This document shows positions 19,206-29,748 of a stretch of DNA of 45,725 bases, piece by piece. A program made the translations under genes and the position numbers. The stretch lies in sequence record MN545971.1; one strand, 5' to 3'. This DNA comes from Citrobacter phage HCF1. Numbering within the stretch: position 1 is the stretch's first letter; every line of letters starts with the position of its first letter. Under the pieces are notes generated by a model. It did no database searches. It had not been told where the DNA came from and worked only from the letters and a program-made list of their open reading frames with translations.

Positions 19206-19529
19206 AAACTAAAACGGGCGGTTTACCTGTATTATCAGAAGCCGCCCACAGACGAAGAATTAAGATCCGTTGGCTTAACAAGAGCAGACTATGAAGGCGA
19301 GGAACCGCCAGAAGTTATATTTGATGAGAGTATGGCTAAATCATGGGATGTATTTTGTGCTATGGGTACTCAGTGGCGATCCGCTGGTGCTGGTGCTTAC
19401 GGGTTAGATTATAATGTTTTGCCTATGCTGTTCAGAATCTATAAAATAGACGATGAAGAAGCGGCGTTAAATGACTTGCGGATCATGGAGAGTAAAGCAC
19501 TTGAAATGATGCAAGCTAATAACAAATAA
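19206..19529 (+). CDS. second tail assembly chaperone (gpT/DUF1799-like), no obvious start codon
   Basis: YYQKPPTDEELRSVGLTRADYEGEEPPEVIFDESMAKSWDVFCAMGTQWRSAGAGAYGLDYNVLPMLFRI; in same frame as upstream ORF, separated by TAA. Confidence 0.55.
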   Translation, partial: KLKRAVYLYYQKPPTDEELRSVGLTRADYEGEEPPEVIFDESMAKSWDVFCAMGTQWRSAGAGAYGLDYNVLPMLFRIYKIDDEEAALNDLRIMESKALEMMQANNK

Positions 19530-19552
19530 GCCCCTTTTAGGGGCTTTTTATT
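19529..19552 (+). terminator. Rho-independent terminator
   Basis: AAGCCCCTTTTAGGGGCTTTTTATT. Confidence 0.7.
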
Positions 19553-19561
19553 GGGGTGAAT

Positions 19562-22500
19562 ATGTCCGAAAAATTTGCTGGTTTAACGCTTGGCGTAGAT
19601 ATCGAACAGGTAAACAGAGCCGTAAAATCATTACGCGATTTCAGGAAAGCGAATGATGAAGCGGCTAAAGGCGTTGAAAATTTCGAAGAAAGCGGGCTAC
19701 AGTCCGAAAAATTTGCTGGTTTAACGCTTGGCGTAGATATCGAACAGGTAAACAGAGCCGTAAAATCATTACGCGATTTCAGGAAAGCGAATGATGAAGC
19801 GGCTAAAGGCGTTGAAAATTTCGAAGAAAGCGGGCTACAGTCCGAAAAATTTGCTGGTTTAACGCTTGGCGTAGATATCGAACAGGTAAACAGAGCCGTA
19901 AAATCATTACGCGATTTCAGGAAAGCGAATGATGAAGCGGCTAAAGGCGTTGAAAATTTCGAAGAAAGCGGGCTACAGTCCGAAAAATTTGCTGGTTTAA
20001 CGCTTGGCGTAGATATCGAACAGGTAAACAGAGCCGTAAAATCATTACGCGATTTCAGGAAAGCGAATGATGAAGCGGCTAAAGGCGTTGAAAATTTCGA
20101 AGAAAGCGGGCTACAGTAGCACGACAAACCAAACAAATGTGCGCAGGCTGACAAAGCTATTGTTGATTTTATCGTTAACGTTGGCGAGAAGATCAATAAA
20201 TATATCCCTGATGCAGTGGGTAAATTTGACCTGTCAGGATTGAAAGGGCTTTCTTCCGAGCTTGATAGTCAGATCATCGCAACATCAGAGGACTACAAAA
20301 CCTTAACCCGCGATGTGTCATATTTTGTTGAAAAATACAAACAAGATTACGCCTCAAAAATTAAGGTTCAAAAATACTCTCAACGTGAGATTGAAAAAGA
20401 GCGCAGAGCCTTAAAGATCATCGTCAAGGTTTCGAAGATATCAGAAACGCTATTGATCCTACTGCTAAGAAAATGACGCCCGCATTGAGCTTGCCAAACA
20501 GAAAGCCGATCTTGGGGATACAGGACAAAGCGACTAAATTCATTCAGGAGCAAGAAGCGGAGTTAAAAGCGCTGGATGTGCAGAAGAAAGGAATGAGCGA
20601 TCGCGAAGTTCAGAGAGAGCTTGCACGACAGAAATTAGTCTCTGATTGGTTAGCCCGGGCGGTCAAATGTCAGATGCGCGGTTGCAAGAAAATCAACAAA
20701 CTGAATCAGGTTTACGCTATGCAGGACGAACTAGCTAGTGATTCTGTTGTTGGCATGAAGAATGCAATGGCTAACTGGCTTGAGTCTGCTACGGAAATGG
20801 GTTCTCAATTCGGCGAAGTTATGACGGCAGCACTTGACGGAATCAGTAACCAGTTTGTTGATCTGTTGAGCACTGGAAAAGCGAGCTTTAAGGACTTTGC
20901 AAACTCAATCATTAAAATGATTTTGCAGATCATAACTAAGCTGTCAATTGCTTACGCATTGCAAGCGGCTATGGGTTGGATGGGCGCGGGTTCCGGTGGT
21001 GGTTTCGCTGGCGGTTTCAGTATGGGATTTGCCGGAGGTGGTTACACTGGAGACGGTGCAAGGAATACTAAGCAGTTAGATAACCTTTGGAGCAAAGGAA
21101 AATTATCAGACAGCGAATTTTTGAGTCCTGTATGGATGGTTGCAATCCAACAGGGCGGTCAGATTAAAGACTCTTTCGGCGGAATCGGAAACTCGTTACG
21201 CGCATTAACATCACTCATTACTCCAGCGCGTTTAGCTATGGCTGGCCTTGCTGGTGTTTTCGGCGTGGTTGTTAAGGCTTCATGGGATATGTATTCATCG
21301 CAGCGAGACGTTGAGAAGGCACTTATTCTGACTGGTAACGTTGCCGATATTAACGGCAAAAGTTCGAAGAAATGTCTAAGCGTGTCTAAGCGTGTAGCGG
21401 AATCAACTGGTGATTCAATTTCAAGAACGAAGGATGCAATGACAGCAGCAATTAAAGCTGGCGCTGAATCTCAGAAAGAAATTGAGACAATCACTAAAGG
21501 CATTTCCGCGTATTCTAAAATAACTGGCGATGGTCTTGATGAGGTAGCGGATAAGTTTACTAAACTTGCAACAGATCCATTAAACGCAATGCGTGAAATG
21601 AATAAGGAAATGAATATTTTCACAGTGGATCAGGTTAAGCAGATTGGCGAATTAATCCGAGCCGGAAAAGATTATGAGGCTGGATTGCTCGCGCAACAAT
21701 TTGCAGCAGAAGGAGCCGCGCAGAAACAGAAAGAGCTTTACGATACAGCCGCGCCACTACAAAAATGTGGATGGATATGGATGGATATAAAGGATTGGGC
21801 TAGTAAAGCATGGTCTACCGTTTCCGCTTATACTTGGGGTGTTTTAAATGGCACGATTGAGGTTGTGCAAAGCGTTATCAGGATCATTAAATCAACTCTT
21901 GCGCAGGCTGACAAAGCTATTGTTGATTTTATCGTTAACGTTGGCGAGAAGATCAATAAATATATCCCTGATGCAGTGGGTAAATTTGACCTGTCAGGAT
22001 TGAAAGGGCTTTCTTCCGAGCTTGATAGTCAGATCATCGCAACATCAGAGGACTACAAAACCTTAACCCGCGATGTGTCATATTTTGTTGAAAAATACAA
22101 ACAAGATTACGCCTCAAAAATTAAGGTTCAAAAATACTCTCAACGTGAGATTGAAAAAGAGATCAAGAAACAGGAGGAATTAAACCGCAAGACCAAACAA
22201 CAGAAAACTCCGAAGGGTGCAAAATATCGAGTCGATGCAGGGACTAAAGCATATGAACAGCATCAGCGCGATATTCTTGCTTTACAGGTTGAGCTTAAAG
22301 TTTTACAGGAACATCAGAATGTAAACGATAAGATTTCAGCACAGCGCCGACAGTTGTTTGTGATCGAAGCGCAGCACGCCGTATTGCTTGAGGCGTCAAA
22401 ACGTCGCCAGTTGACAGAGGAAGAAAAATCCCTTGTCGCCAACTATGAAAAACGCATGAGCTTGCCAAACAGAAAGCCGATCTTGGGGATACAGGACAAA

Positions 22501-23388
22501 GCGACTAAATTCATTCAGGAGCAAGAAGCGGAGTTAAAAGCGCTGGATGTGCAGAAGAAAGGAATGAGCGATCGCGAAGTTCAGAGAGAGCTTGCACGAC
22601 AGAAATTAGTCTCTGATTGGTTAGCCCGGGCGGTCAAATGTCAGATGCGCGGTTGCAAGAAAATCAACAAACTGAATCAGGTTTACGCTATGCAGGACGA
22701 ACTAGCTAGTGATTCTGTTGTTGGCATGAAGAATGCAATGGCTAACTGGCTTGAGTCTGCTACGGAAATGGGTTCTCAATTCGGCGAAGTTATGACGGCA
22801 GCACTTGACGGAATCAGTAACCAGTTTGTTGATCTGTTGAGCACTGGAAAAGCGAGCTTTAAGGACTTTGCAAACTCAATCATTAAAATGATTTTGCAGA
22901 TCATAACTAAGCTGTCAATTGCTTACGCATTGCAAGCGGCTATGGGTTGGATGGGCGCGGGTTCCGGTGGTGGTTTCGCTGGCGGTTTCAGTATGGGATT
23001 TGCCGGAGGTGGTTACACTGGAGACGGTGCAAAATACGAACCTGCTGGAGTAGTCCACAAAGGCGAGTTTGTCATGACTAAGGAGGCGACAAAACGGATA
23101 GGAGTTGATAACCTGTATCGAATGATGCGCGGCTATGCAAACGGCGGTTATGTTGGCGGCGGTTCTCAGTCTGGCGGTGGTATGGTGATTAGCGGTAGCG
23201 CACCATCATTTAACATCGGAAACATTGACGTCAACGTTAACAACGGTTCAGATCCAAAAGGTCTAACCAACGGCGTTAAAGCCATTGTTAGCGAAGAACT
23301 TAACAAATGTTTTTCTCAGGGTGGGCGCGGTTACGAATTTGTATTAGAGCGCACGAACAGTAATATAAGCCCCAGCAATGGGGCTTTT
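19562..23388 (+). CDS. tail tape measure protein, heavily rearranged
   Basis: [30 protein letters not shown]; [31 protein letters not shown]; [39 protein letters not shown]; [34 protein letters not shown]. Confidence 0.75.
19565..20116 (+). repeat. 4 x 138 bp exact tandem repeat
   Basis: TCCGAAAAATTTGCTGG at 19565, 19703, 19841, 19979. Confidence 0.95.
20141..20401 (+). repeat. 261 bp copy of 21901-22161 (offset 1760)
   Basis: GCGCAGGCTGACAAAGCTATTG... identical. Confidence 0.9.
20486..21061 (+). repeat. 576 bp copy of 22457-23032 (offset 1971)
   Basis: TGAGCTTGCCAAACAGAAAGCC...GGAGACGGTGCAA identical. Confidence 0.9.
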
Positions 23389-23392
23389 TATT
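23369..23392 (+). terminator. Rho-independent terminator
   Basis: AAGCCCCAGCAATGGGGCTTTTTATT. Confidence 0.7.
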
Positions 23393-23401
23393 GGAGGTTT
23401 T

Positions 23402-23767
23402 ATGATTGATACTTTCAAGTGGTGTACGCATTTGCAATCAAGCGGCGGCGGAATGGTTACGGAGAATGACATTAGAACGGTTTCGTTCGGATCTGGATAT
23501 GAGCAGGTGGCAATTTCTGGATTCAATACGACAAGACGTGAATTTGCGATCGTGTACGCTGGAAATGATTACCGTGATGTTTATTCATTCCTGATCGAAC
23601 ATGTTGCTAATCCTTTTATCTGGAGAGCACCATCAGGCGATTTAGGCTTGTTTATTGTGAAGCAAAATTCCATTACAATGACACCAGTCAGCGCAACCGC
23701 TCAGGAAATCAAAGCTACATTTCGCGAGCAATTCACATCGGCAGGTGTTCCGCCCATTTCGAGGTAA
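23402..23767 (+). CDS. minor tail protein (lambda gpM-like)
   Basis: [52 protein letters not shown]. Confidence 0.6.
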   Translation: MIDTFKWCTHLQSSGGGMVTENDIRTVSFGSGYEQVAISGFNTTRREFAIVYAGNDYRDVYSFLIEHVANPFIWRAPSGDLGLFIVKQNSITMTPVSATAQEIKATFREQFTSAGVPPISR

Positions 23768-23842
23768 AATAAAGATTCACTGGCAACGGTAAAGCTGAAA
23801 ACCAAAACTTACGCTTTCTAACCCGACAGCCGAATCAGCGCA

Positions 23843-24541
23843 ATGATCCGATCTTATAACGGGATGATGCAAGCAAAGGTAACGATCTGGATTACGGCGG
23901 CAGAATTAATGGATGAGGCAGGAAACGTTGAGGACGGCGCTTATCGTAAGCTTGTTTATTATGTCGAACGTCCGAGCATGGTTAATAAATCAATCGCGGA
24001 GTTTGAGCTTACAAGCCCTTATGATGCAGAGAAAAGAAACGTTAAATTCGAAAACTGTTTACAGCGTCTTTATCCCGGCAGCATTATCACGCTAATTGAA
24101 GTTGACGCTACAAAGTTTGGCGGTCAAATTTACCGTATGCATTCCGAGAATGTCAGATACACACCGGAGGAATTACTTGAAGCGCAAAAACCGGAGTATT
24201 GCCTCCGAAGGAAATTATTTTTCGTGGAAATGCTTATGGTGCGCGTCCATTCGGTATTTCTGGAAATGGATGGAATTATGATTCCGGCGCGTATCACTCA
24301 AAGTGTTTGTTATTGGGCGCAAAGGAATTGGTACAGAAGCGGGAAGGGTTGCGGGTATAATGGTAACAGAATGTTTGACAAGGACAATAAGCCAGTATCC
24401 GATCCGTCACTTGATAGATGCGCTGGAACCGTTACAGCTTGCAAGTTGCGTTTTGGTGAGAGTAACCCGCTTGATTTTGGCGGCGCGGCGGTTGCAAGCC
24501 CGGTAAGGAGAAACCAATATCATGCCGCAAAATCACTTTGA
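23843..24541 (+). CDS. minor tail protein (lambda gpL-like)
   Basis: FELTSPYDAEKRNVKFENCLQRLYPGSIITLIE; ARITQSVCYWAQRNWYRSGKGCGYNG...DRCAGTVTACKLRFGESNPLDFGG (conserved cysteines). Confidence 0.65.
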   Translation: MIRSYNGMMQAKVTIWITAAELMDEAGNVEDGAYRKLVYYVERPSMVNKSIAEFELTSPYDAEKRNVKFENCLQRLYPGSIITLIEVDATKFGGQIYRMHSENVRYTPEELLEAQKPEYCLRRKLFFVEMLMVRVHSVFLEMDGIMIPARITQSVCYWAQRNWYRSGKGCGYNGNRMFDKDNKPVSDPSLDRCAGTVTACKLRFGESNPLDFGGAAVASPVRRNQYHAAKSL

Positions 24542-24968
24542 AATGTTATCACTTCCGCCGGAAGGTGATTTAAGGATTGTCCAGCCGGAGCGCTTGCCTC
24601 TGATTGGTCGCCCCGGTCACTTGGGTATCAAGATTGCTGGTCTTGCTTTTCACAAAGAACACGGAATTGAATTAAATAATTATTCCGTTCCTTACGAATG
24701 GTGGAAGGATGGTAAAGAAAATATTTATGATGATAATTGGCAGCGTGAAGGTTTCATTGAGGTTAATCGCGATCCAATTTACGGCGATATGTGCATGTTT
24801 AGACTTCAATCGGTTGTAACAAATCACGCTGGAATTTATTTAGGTGATAACCAATTATTGCACCACATGAGCGGAAAACTATCACGAAAAGATATTTTCT
24901 CAGGTTGGTATCAGGATCATATTGTTCGCGTTGTTCGTCATAAAGATTTACCGGAGGAATTAAAGATA
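24522..24968 (+). CDS. lambda gpK-like tail assembly protein (NlpC/P60-like)
   Basis: DMCMFRLQSVVTNHAGIYLGDNQLLHHMSGKLSRKDIFSGWYQDHIVRVVRH. Confidence 0.65.
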
Positions 24969-24974
24969 ATGCAA

Positions 24975-25559
24975 AATCTCGTTAGAATAAAACTTTCTGG
25001 ATCTCTTGGGCGTCGATTTGGCGTCTTTCACGAAATGGCTGTTGAGTCATGGCCTGAATGCATTAGAGCAATGTCAAGCCAGATTGAAGGATTTAAATCA
25101 TTCTTTCAAAGTGAAGTTGGATCTAGAATGAAATATGCAATCTTTTGCGACGGTAAAACATTTCTATTCACGACGATAACTCATGGAAGGCAGCTAAAGA
25201 GATCAGAATTATCCCCATTCCAACTGGCTCAAAGTCTGGAGGGTTATTTCAGATCGTTTTGGGTGCAGGTTGCGGCTTTCTATACTGGAGGAGCATCACT
25301 TGCAGCAATGGGCGCACTTAGTTCATCAGCGTTTATGATGGGTGGCGCTATGGTGTTGGGTGGTGTTATGCAGATGATTAGCCCACAGGCAGGAGGCGCA
25401 AAGATGCAATCAACATCGGCAGCAAATAAACCATCATACGCTTTCGGAGGTGCTGTTAATACAACGGCAGCAGGTTATCCTGTTCCTTTGCCATATGGTG
25501 AAAGAACTGTTGGCGGCGCTATATTCAGTGCGGGAAGTTACGCAGAGGATAAAATATAA
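24975..25559 (+). CDS. lambda gpI-like tail assembly protein, with internal frameshift near 25240
   Basis: MQNLVRIKLSGSLGRRFG...; AMGALSSSAFMMGGAMVLGGVMQMISPQ...GYPVPLPYGERTVGGAIFSAG. Confidence 0.6.
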   Translation, partial: NLVRIKLSGSLGRRFGVFHEMAVESWPECIRAMSSQIEGFKSFFQSEVGSRMKYAIFCDGKTFLFTTITHGRQLKRSELSPFQLAQSLEGYFRSFWVQVAAFYTGGASLAAMGALSSSAFMMGGAMVLGGVMQMISPQAGGAKMQSTSAANKPSYAFGGAVNTTAAGYPVPLPYGERTVGGAIFSAGSYAEDKI

Positions 25560-25565
25560 AATCAT

Positions 25566-25590
25566 GCCCCGTATCTGTGCGGGGCTTTTT
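25566..25590 (+). terminator. Rho-independent terminator
   Basis: CCCCGTATCTGTGCGGGGCTTTTTTG. Confidence 0.7.
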
Positions 25591-25630
25591 TGCGGTTATA
25601 CTATCCACACGAATTAAAGGAGGTAAACAC

Positions 25631-28600
25631 ATGAATAAACAATTACCTGTTCCAGTTGGTGCAAAAGGCGGATCAAGCAAGCCTAAAGCGCCGTATGAAA
25701 TGGAAGATAATCTGATCTCTATTGATAAGATTAAGATTTTATTAGCTGTTTCTGACGGTGAAGTAGATCCTAGCTTTTCGTTAATGAATTTATATCTTGA
25801 TGATGTTCCAGTTCAAAGTTCAAATGGGATATTAAACTATCCCGAGTTAAGGCTGAATTTAGGCCGGGAACACAATATCAAGATCACATTAAAGGATTCA
25901 CCGATACCGCAAGCGAAATTACATATGGCGCGAGGCGTTAAAGCAGAAAGTGACGGCGATCAGGTTGGCGTTCGCGTAGAATATGCGGTAGACATGGCTG
26001 TTGACGGTGGAGCGTATAGTGAATATATGGTTGATGTTATCGACGGCAAAACAACAAGCGGTTACGACAGAAGCCGTCGCATTGATTTGCCAGCGTTCAA
26101 TACTCAAGTATTATTGCGCATTCGCCGTGTAACTCCAGATAGCCAGAGCGGGAACGTTGTTGATGCTATTCAGTTGCAAAGCTATGCAGAGGTTATTGAT
26201 GCTAAATTCCGTTATCCTCTTACTGGACTTGTATATGTTGAATTTGACAGCAAATTATTCCCGAACCAGATCCCTAACATTTCAATCAAAAAGAAATGGA
26301 AGTTGATTAACGTTCCGGTTAATTACGATCCATTTCACGCACATACTCCGGCACGTGGAATGGAGTATGGAAGAAAGCGTGGAGTAATAACCCCGCTTTC
26401 ATTCTGTACGACCGTTCCTAACGGTAAGGGCGGAACAGAGCCGCGTTATCTTTGCGACGTTGTGATCCAGTCTCAGATTGAAGCATATCAGCTTATTCGT
26501 GATATTTGCTCAATCTTCCGTGGCATGAGCTTTTGGAACGGTGAGAGCCTTTCAATTGTGATCGATAAGCCTCGCAATCCGTCTTACATTTTCACTAATG
26601 AAAACGTGATCGGCGGTGAGTTCACTTACACTTTCGCAAGCGAAAAGAGCATGTACACACAATGCAATGTGACGTTCGACGACGCTCAAAACTTTTACGC
26701 TCAGGATGTGGAAGGTGTTTTTGATCCAGAAATGACGTTGCGCTTTGGTCATAATCCGACAGCAATCACCGCTATCGGTTGCACACGACGCAGTGAAGCA
26801 AATAGACGTGGGCGCTGGATACTGAAAACCAACGTTCGCAGCACTACGGTAAACTTTGCTACTGGCCTTGAGGGTATGATCCCGACAATCGGTGACGTGA
26901 TTATTGTTGCGGATAACTTCTGGAGCAGTGCGTTAACAATGAATCTTTCAGGGCGCGTAATGGAGGTAAGCGGGTTACAGGTTTTCTTACCGTTTAAAGT
27001 GGATGCGAGAGCAGGTGATCGCATTATCGTAAATAAGCCAGACGGCGCACCAGTAGGACGAACGATTGCCAGCGTAACGCCGGACGGAAAGACAATCACA
27101 CTCAACACTACTTTCGGTTTTGACGTGCAGCCAGATTCAATCTTTGCCATTGAGCGCACCGATTTAGCGCAGCAGCAGTATGTTGTTACCGAAATCAAGC
27201 GCGGTGATGGTGAGGAAGAATTTACTTATAGCATCACGGCAGTCGAATACGATCCGAACAAGTACGACGAAATTGATTACGGCGTGAACATTGATGATCG
27301 ACCGACTTCAATCGTGCAGCCGGATATTCTGCCAGCGCCGGAAAACGTTAAGGTTTCCAGCTACAGCCGAATTGTTCAGGGCATGAGTGTTGAAACGATG
27401 CGCGTTACCCGGGACAAGGTTGAATATGCAACGCTGTACGAAATGCAGTGGCGCAAGGATAACGGAAACTGGAACAACACGCCGCAGACCGCAAGCAAAG
27501 AAATTGAGGTTGAAGGTATTTACGCAGGTAACTATCACGTTCGCGTTCGTTCTGTTTCATCCAACGGCTCATCGTCTGGATGGTCTAAGATCGTTAGTGT
27601 TCACCTGAAAGGCAAGGTTGGCGAGCCCGGCGCACCTATTAACATGACAGCCAGTGATAACGAGGTGTTTGGTATTCGTGTTAAATGGGGTATGCCGGAG
27701 GGAAGCGGTGACACTGCATACATTGAGTTGCACCGGGCACCAAACAGCGCGGAAGGACACCCGATTGAAGATCAAGCAACACTGTTGACGCTTGTACCGT
27801 ATCCGCAATATGAATACTGGCACAGCATTTTGCCAGCAGGACAAGTGATCTGGTACAAGGCGCGAGCCATTGACCGAATCGGAAACGTGTCACAATGGAC
27901 TGATTTTGTGCGCGGCATGTCGTCCGTTGATACAAGTATCATCACGGATCATATTAAGGTTGATATTGAGAATTCAGAGGGTATCAATTCCAAAAACGGA
28001 AAGTTCACGGCGCAGATCAAGGAGTCATTGCGACTTATCGCAAATGAAACCGAAGCGCGTGTAACTCAGGTGTCACAACTGGAAGCTGATTTTGACGGAA
28101 AAATTACCGCCCAAAACAGCGAATTGAGAGAGGTTATTGCAACTGGTGACGAAGCGTTAAGCCGTTCAATTGACGAACTTAGAGCCGAGATAGGAGACGA
28201 TATTCAGGGGCAAATAACAGAAGTTAAGGAGGCAATAGTAACTGAAACTGATGCGCGTGTTACTGCTGATACTGCGTTATCTACACGCATTGGTGACAAT
28301 GAGGCTGCAATTAACCAGAAGTTAGACTCGGATTACGGAGTTAATCTTGGCCTGAAATATAACGGTCAGGAATATAGCGCTGGTATGGCGTTGTCACTTG
28401 TTGGCGATGGTACTGGTGTGAAGTCGCAAATGCTTTTCTCCGCTGATCGGTTTGCAATCATCAGCAATGCACAGGCTGGCGCGTTTACGCTTCCGTTTGT
28501 GGTTGAGAATAACCGTGTTTATGCGCGAGGCGTTAAAGCAGAAAGTGACGGCGATCAGGTTGGCGTTCGCGTAGAATATGCGGTAGACATGGCTGTTGAC

Positions 28601-29347
28601 GGTGGAGCGTATAGTGAATATATGGTTGATGTTATCGACGGCAAAACAACAAGCGGTTACGACAGAAGCCGTCGCATTGATTTGCCAGCGTTCAATACTC
28701 AAGTATTATTGCGCATTCGCCGTGTAACTCCAGATAGCCAGAGCGGGAACGTTGTTGATGCTATTCAGTTGCAAAGCTATGCAGAGGTTATTGATGCTAA
28801 ATTCCGTTATCCTCTTACTGGACTTGTATATGTTGAATTTGACAGCAAATTATTCCCGAACCAGATCCCTAACATTTCAATCAAAAAGAAATGGAAGTTG
28901 ATTAACGTTCCGGTTAATTACGATCCATTTCACGCACATACTCCGGCACGTGGAATGGAGTATGGAAGAAAGCGTGGAGTAATAACCCCGCTTTCATTCT
29001 GTACGACCTTTATTAACAGCCTTTTGGTGAAAGATGGAACGATTACCACGGCTAAGATTGCGCAGCAAATCAACTCTACAAACTGGAGTTCTGGATCGGC
29101 TGGCTGGATGATTAACAAGAACGGAATTGCGGAGTTTAACCGTTACGGTAAGGGGAAACCTTTACGCAAACAGCGGGGCATTTTCATTTTTATTAACAGC
29201 CTTTTGGTGAAAGATGGAACGATTACCACGGCTAAGATTGCGCAGCAAATCAACTCTACAAACTGGAGTTCTGGATCGGCTGGCTGGATGATTAACAAGA
29301 ACGGAATTGCGGAGTTTAACCGTTACGGTAAGGGGAAACCTCTTTGA
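25631..29347 (+). CDS. host specificity / central tail tip protein J (lambda gpJ-like), C-terminus truncated/misjoined
   Basis: Long ORF in J position with fibronectin-III-like segment (PENVKVSSYSRIVQGMSVETMRVTRDKVEYATLYEMQW...) and typical C-terminal NSLLVKDGTITTAKIAQQINSTNW...GWMINKNGIAEFN. Confidence 0.8.
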   Translation: MNKQLPVPVGAKGGSSKPKAPYEMEDNLISIDKIKILLAVSDGEVDPSFSLMNLYLDDVPVQSSNGILNYPELRLNLGREHNIKITLKDSPIPQAKLHMARGVKAESDGDQVGVRVEYAVDMAVDGGAYSEYMVDVIDGKTTSGYDRSRRIDLPAFNTQVLLRIRRVTPDSQSGNVVDAIQLQSYAEVIDAKFRYPLTGLVYVEFDSKLFPNQIPNISIKKKWKLINVPVNYDPFHAHTPARGMEYGRKRGVITPLSFCTTVPNGKGGTEPRYLCDVVIQSQIEAYQLIRDICSIFRGMSFWNGESLSIVIDKPRNPSYIFTNENVIGGEFTYTFASEKSMYTQCNVTFDDAQNFYAQDVEGVFDPEMTLRFGHNPTAITAIGCTRRSEANRRGRWILKTNVRSTTVNFATGLEGMIPTIGDVIIVADNFWSSALTMNLSGRVMEVSGLQVFLPFKVDARAGDRIIVNKPDGAPVGRTIASVTPDGKTITLNTTFGFDVQPDSIFAIERTDLAQQQYVVTEIKRGDGEEEFTYSITAVEYDPNKYDEIDYGVNIDDRPTSIVQPDILPAPENVKVSSYSRIVQGMSVETMRVTRDKVEYATLYEMQWRKDNGNWNNTPQTASKEIEVEGIYAGNYHVRVRSVSSNGSSSGWSKIVSVHLKGKVGEPGAPINMTASDNEVFGIRVKWGMPEGSGDTAYIELHRAPNSAEGHPIEDQATLLTLVPYPQYEYWHSILPAGQVIWYKARAIDRIGNVSQWTDFVRGMSSVDTSIITDHIKVDIENSEGINSKNGKFTAQIKESLRLIANETEARVTQVSQLEADFDGKITAQNSELREVIATGDEALSRSIDELRAEIGDDIQGQITEVKEAIVTETDARVTADTALSTRIGDNEAAINQKLDSDYGVNLGLKYNGQEYSAGMALSLVGDGTGVKSQMLFSADRFAIISNAQAGAFTLPFVVENNRVYARGVKAESDGDQVGVRVEYAVDMAVDGGAYSEYMVDVIDGKTTSGYDRSRRIDLPAFNTQVLLRIRRVTPDSQSGNVVDAIQLQSYAEVIDAKFRYPLTGLVYVEFDSKLFPNQIPNISIKKKWKLINVPVNYDPFHAHTPARGMEYGRKRGVITPLSFCTTFINSLLVKDGTITTAKIAQQINSTNWSSGSAGWMINKNGIAEFNRYGKGKPLRKQRGIFIFINSLLVKDGTITTAKIAQQINSTNWSSGSAGWMINKNGIAEFNRYGKGKPL
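28523..29008 (+). repeat. 486 bp exact copy of 25928-26413 inserted in J (offset 2595)
   Basis: GCGCGAGGCGTTAAAGCAGAAAGTG...CTGTACGACC identical. Confidence 0.9.
29009..29346 (+). repeat. 2-copy direct repeat, offset 180 bp, at J end
   Basis: TTTATTAACAGCCTTTTGGTG at 29009 and 29189. Confidence 0.9.
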
Positions 29348-29442
29348 TTAAAAGAAGTGCAATATGATGGCGCCCTCAATCCAGCCGTAATTGTCATTGG
29401 CGGACGCCCGTCATTGTAGTTAATGTATATACCTTGAGGCAT
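29348..29442 (-). CDS. N-terminal fragment of a small phage structural-type protein (DUF6453-like)
   Basis: MPQGIYINYNDGRPPMTITAGLRAPSYCTSF on minus strand; truncated at the J junction. Confidence 0.4.
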
Positions 29443-29671
29443 TATTACCACTCCTTAACCGATACGGAAACCTTACCGCTAAAATTACCCTGAATGTCAT
29501 CCCTACTAAGTCCGATATATCGCATGTCGATTTCACCGGATGCGACCTTTTACCATTTTGCCATTTTAACATACATGCGCCATAAGCATAAGTTGCGCAC
29601 ACGCCATCTTCTCTAACTGTTGAGCAGCCGATTAGTGACAGCGCAGCGATTAATACAAGTAAGTTTTTCAT
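29438..29671 (-). CDS. small lipoprotein (one-base frameshift)
   Basis: MKNLLVLIAALSLIGCSTVREDG (lipobox LIGC); +/-1 shift gives ...WQNGKVASGEIDMRYIGLSRDDIQGNFSGKVSVSVKEW*. Confidence 0.55.
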
Positions 29672-29703
29672 TGCTCAATCCTCAATTTGTGTTGTTATCG
29701 TGA

Positions 29704-29748
29704 ACTATACACCAATCAGTAACGCGCGTTTAGCAATTCGTGCTATCT
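29704..29748 (-). promoter_or_regulatory. Conserved promoter-like element E12 (minus strand)
   Basis: revcomp ATAGCACGAATTGCTAAA, 21 nt, TATAGT; upstream of minus-strand lipoprotein. Confidence 0.55.

Noticed and set aside
19565-20116. 138-bp x4 array as natural tape-measure length repeats
   Set aside because: Tape-measure repeats are normally diverged. These are base-identical and end in a stop, like the other suspect duplications.
20117-20134. TAGCACGACAAACC as another promoter element
   Set aside because: Only TAGCACGA matches, with no TTGCTAAA half and no -10 at the fixed distance. It overlaps a tape-measure junction.
24522-25559. Natural K-I fusion protein
   Set aside because: The I-like part has its own ATG (24975 region) and the ORF has an apparent frameshift near 25240. 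Fusion could result from an indel, so I treated them as two genes.
26552-27608. Several minus-strand ORFs across J
   Set aside because: Antisense to a well-supported long J ORF, without RBS or recognisable motifs.
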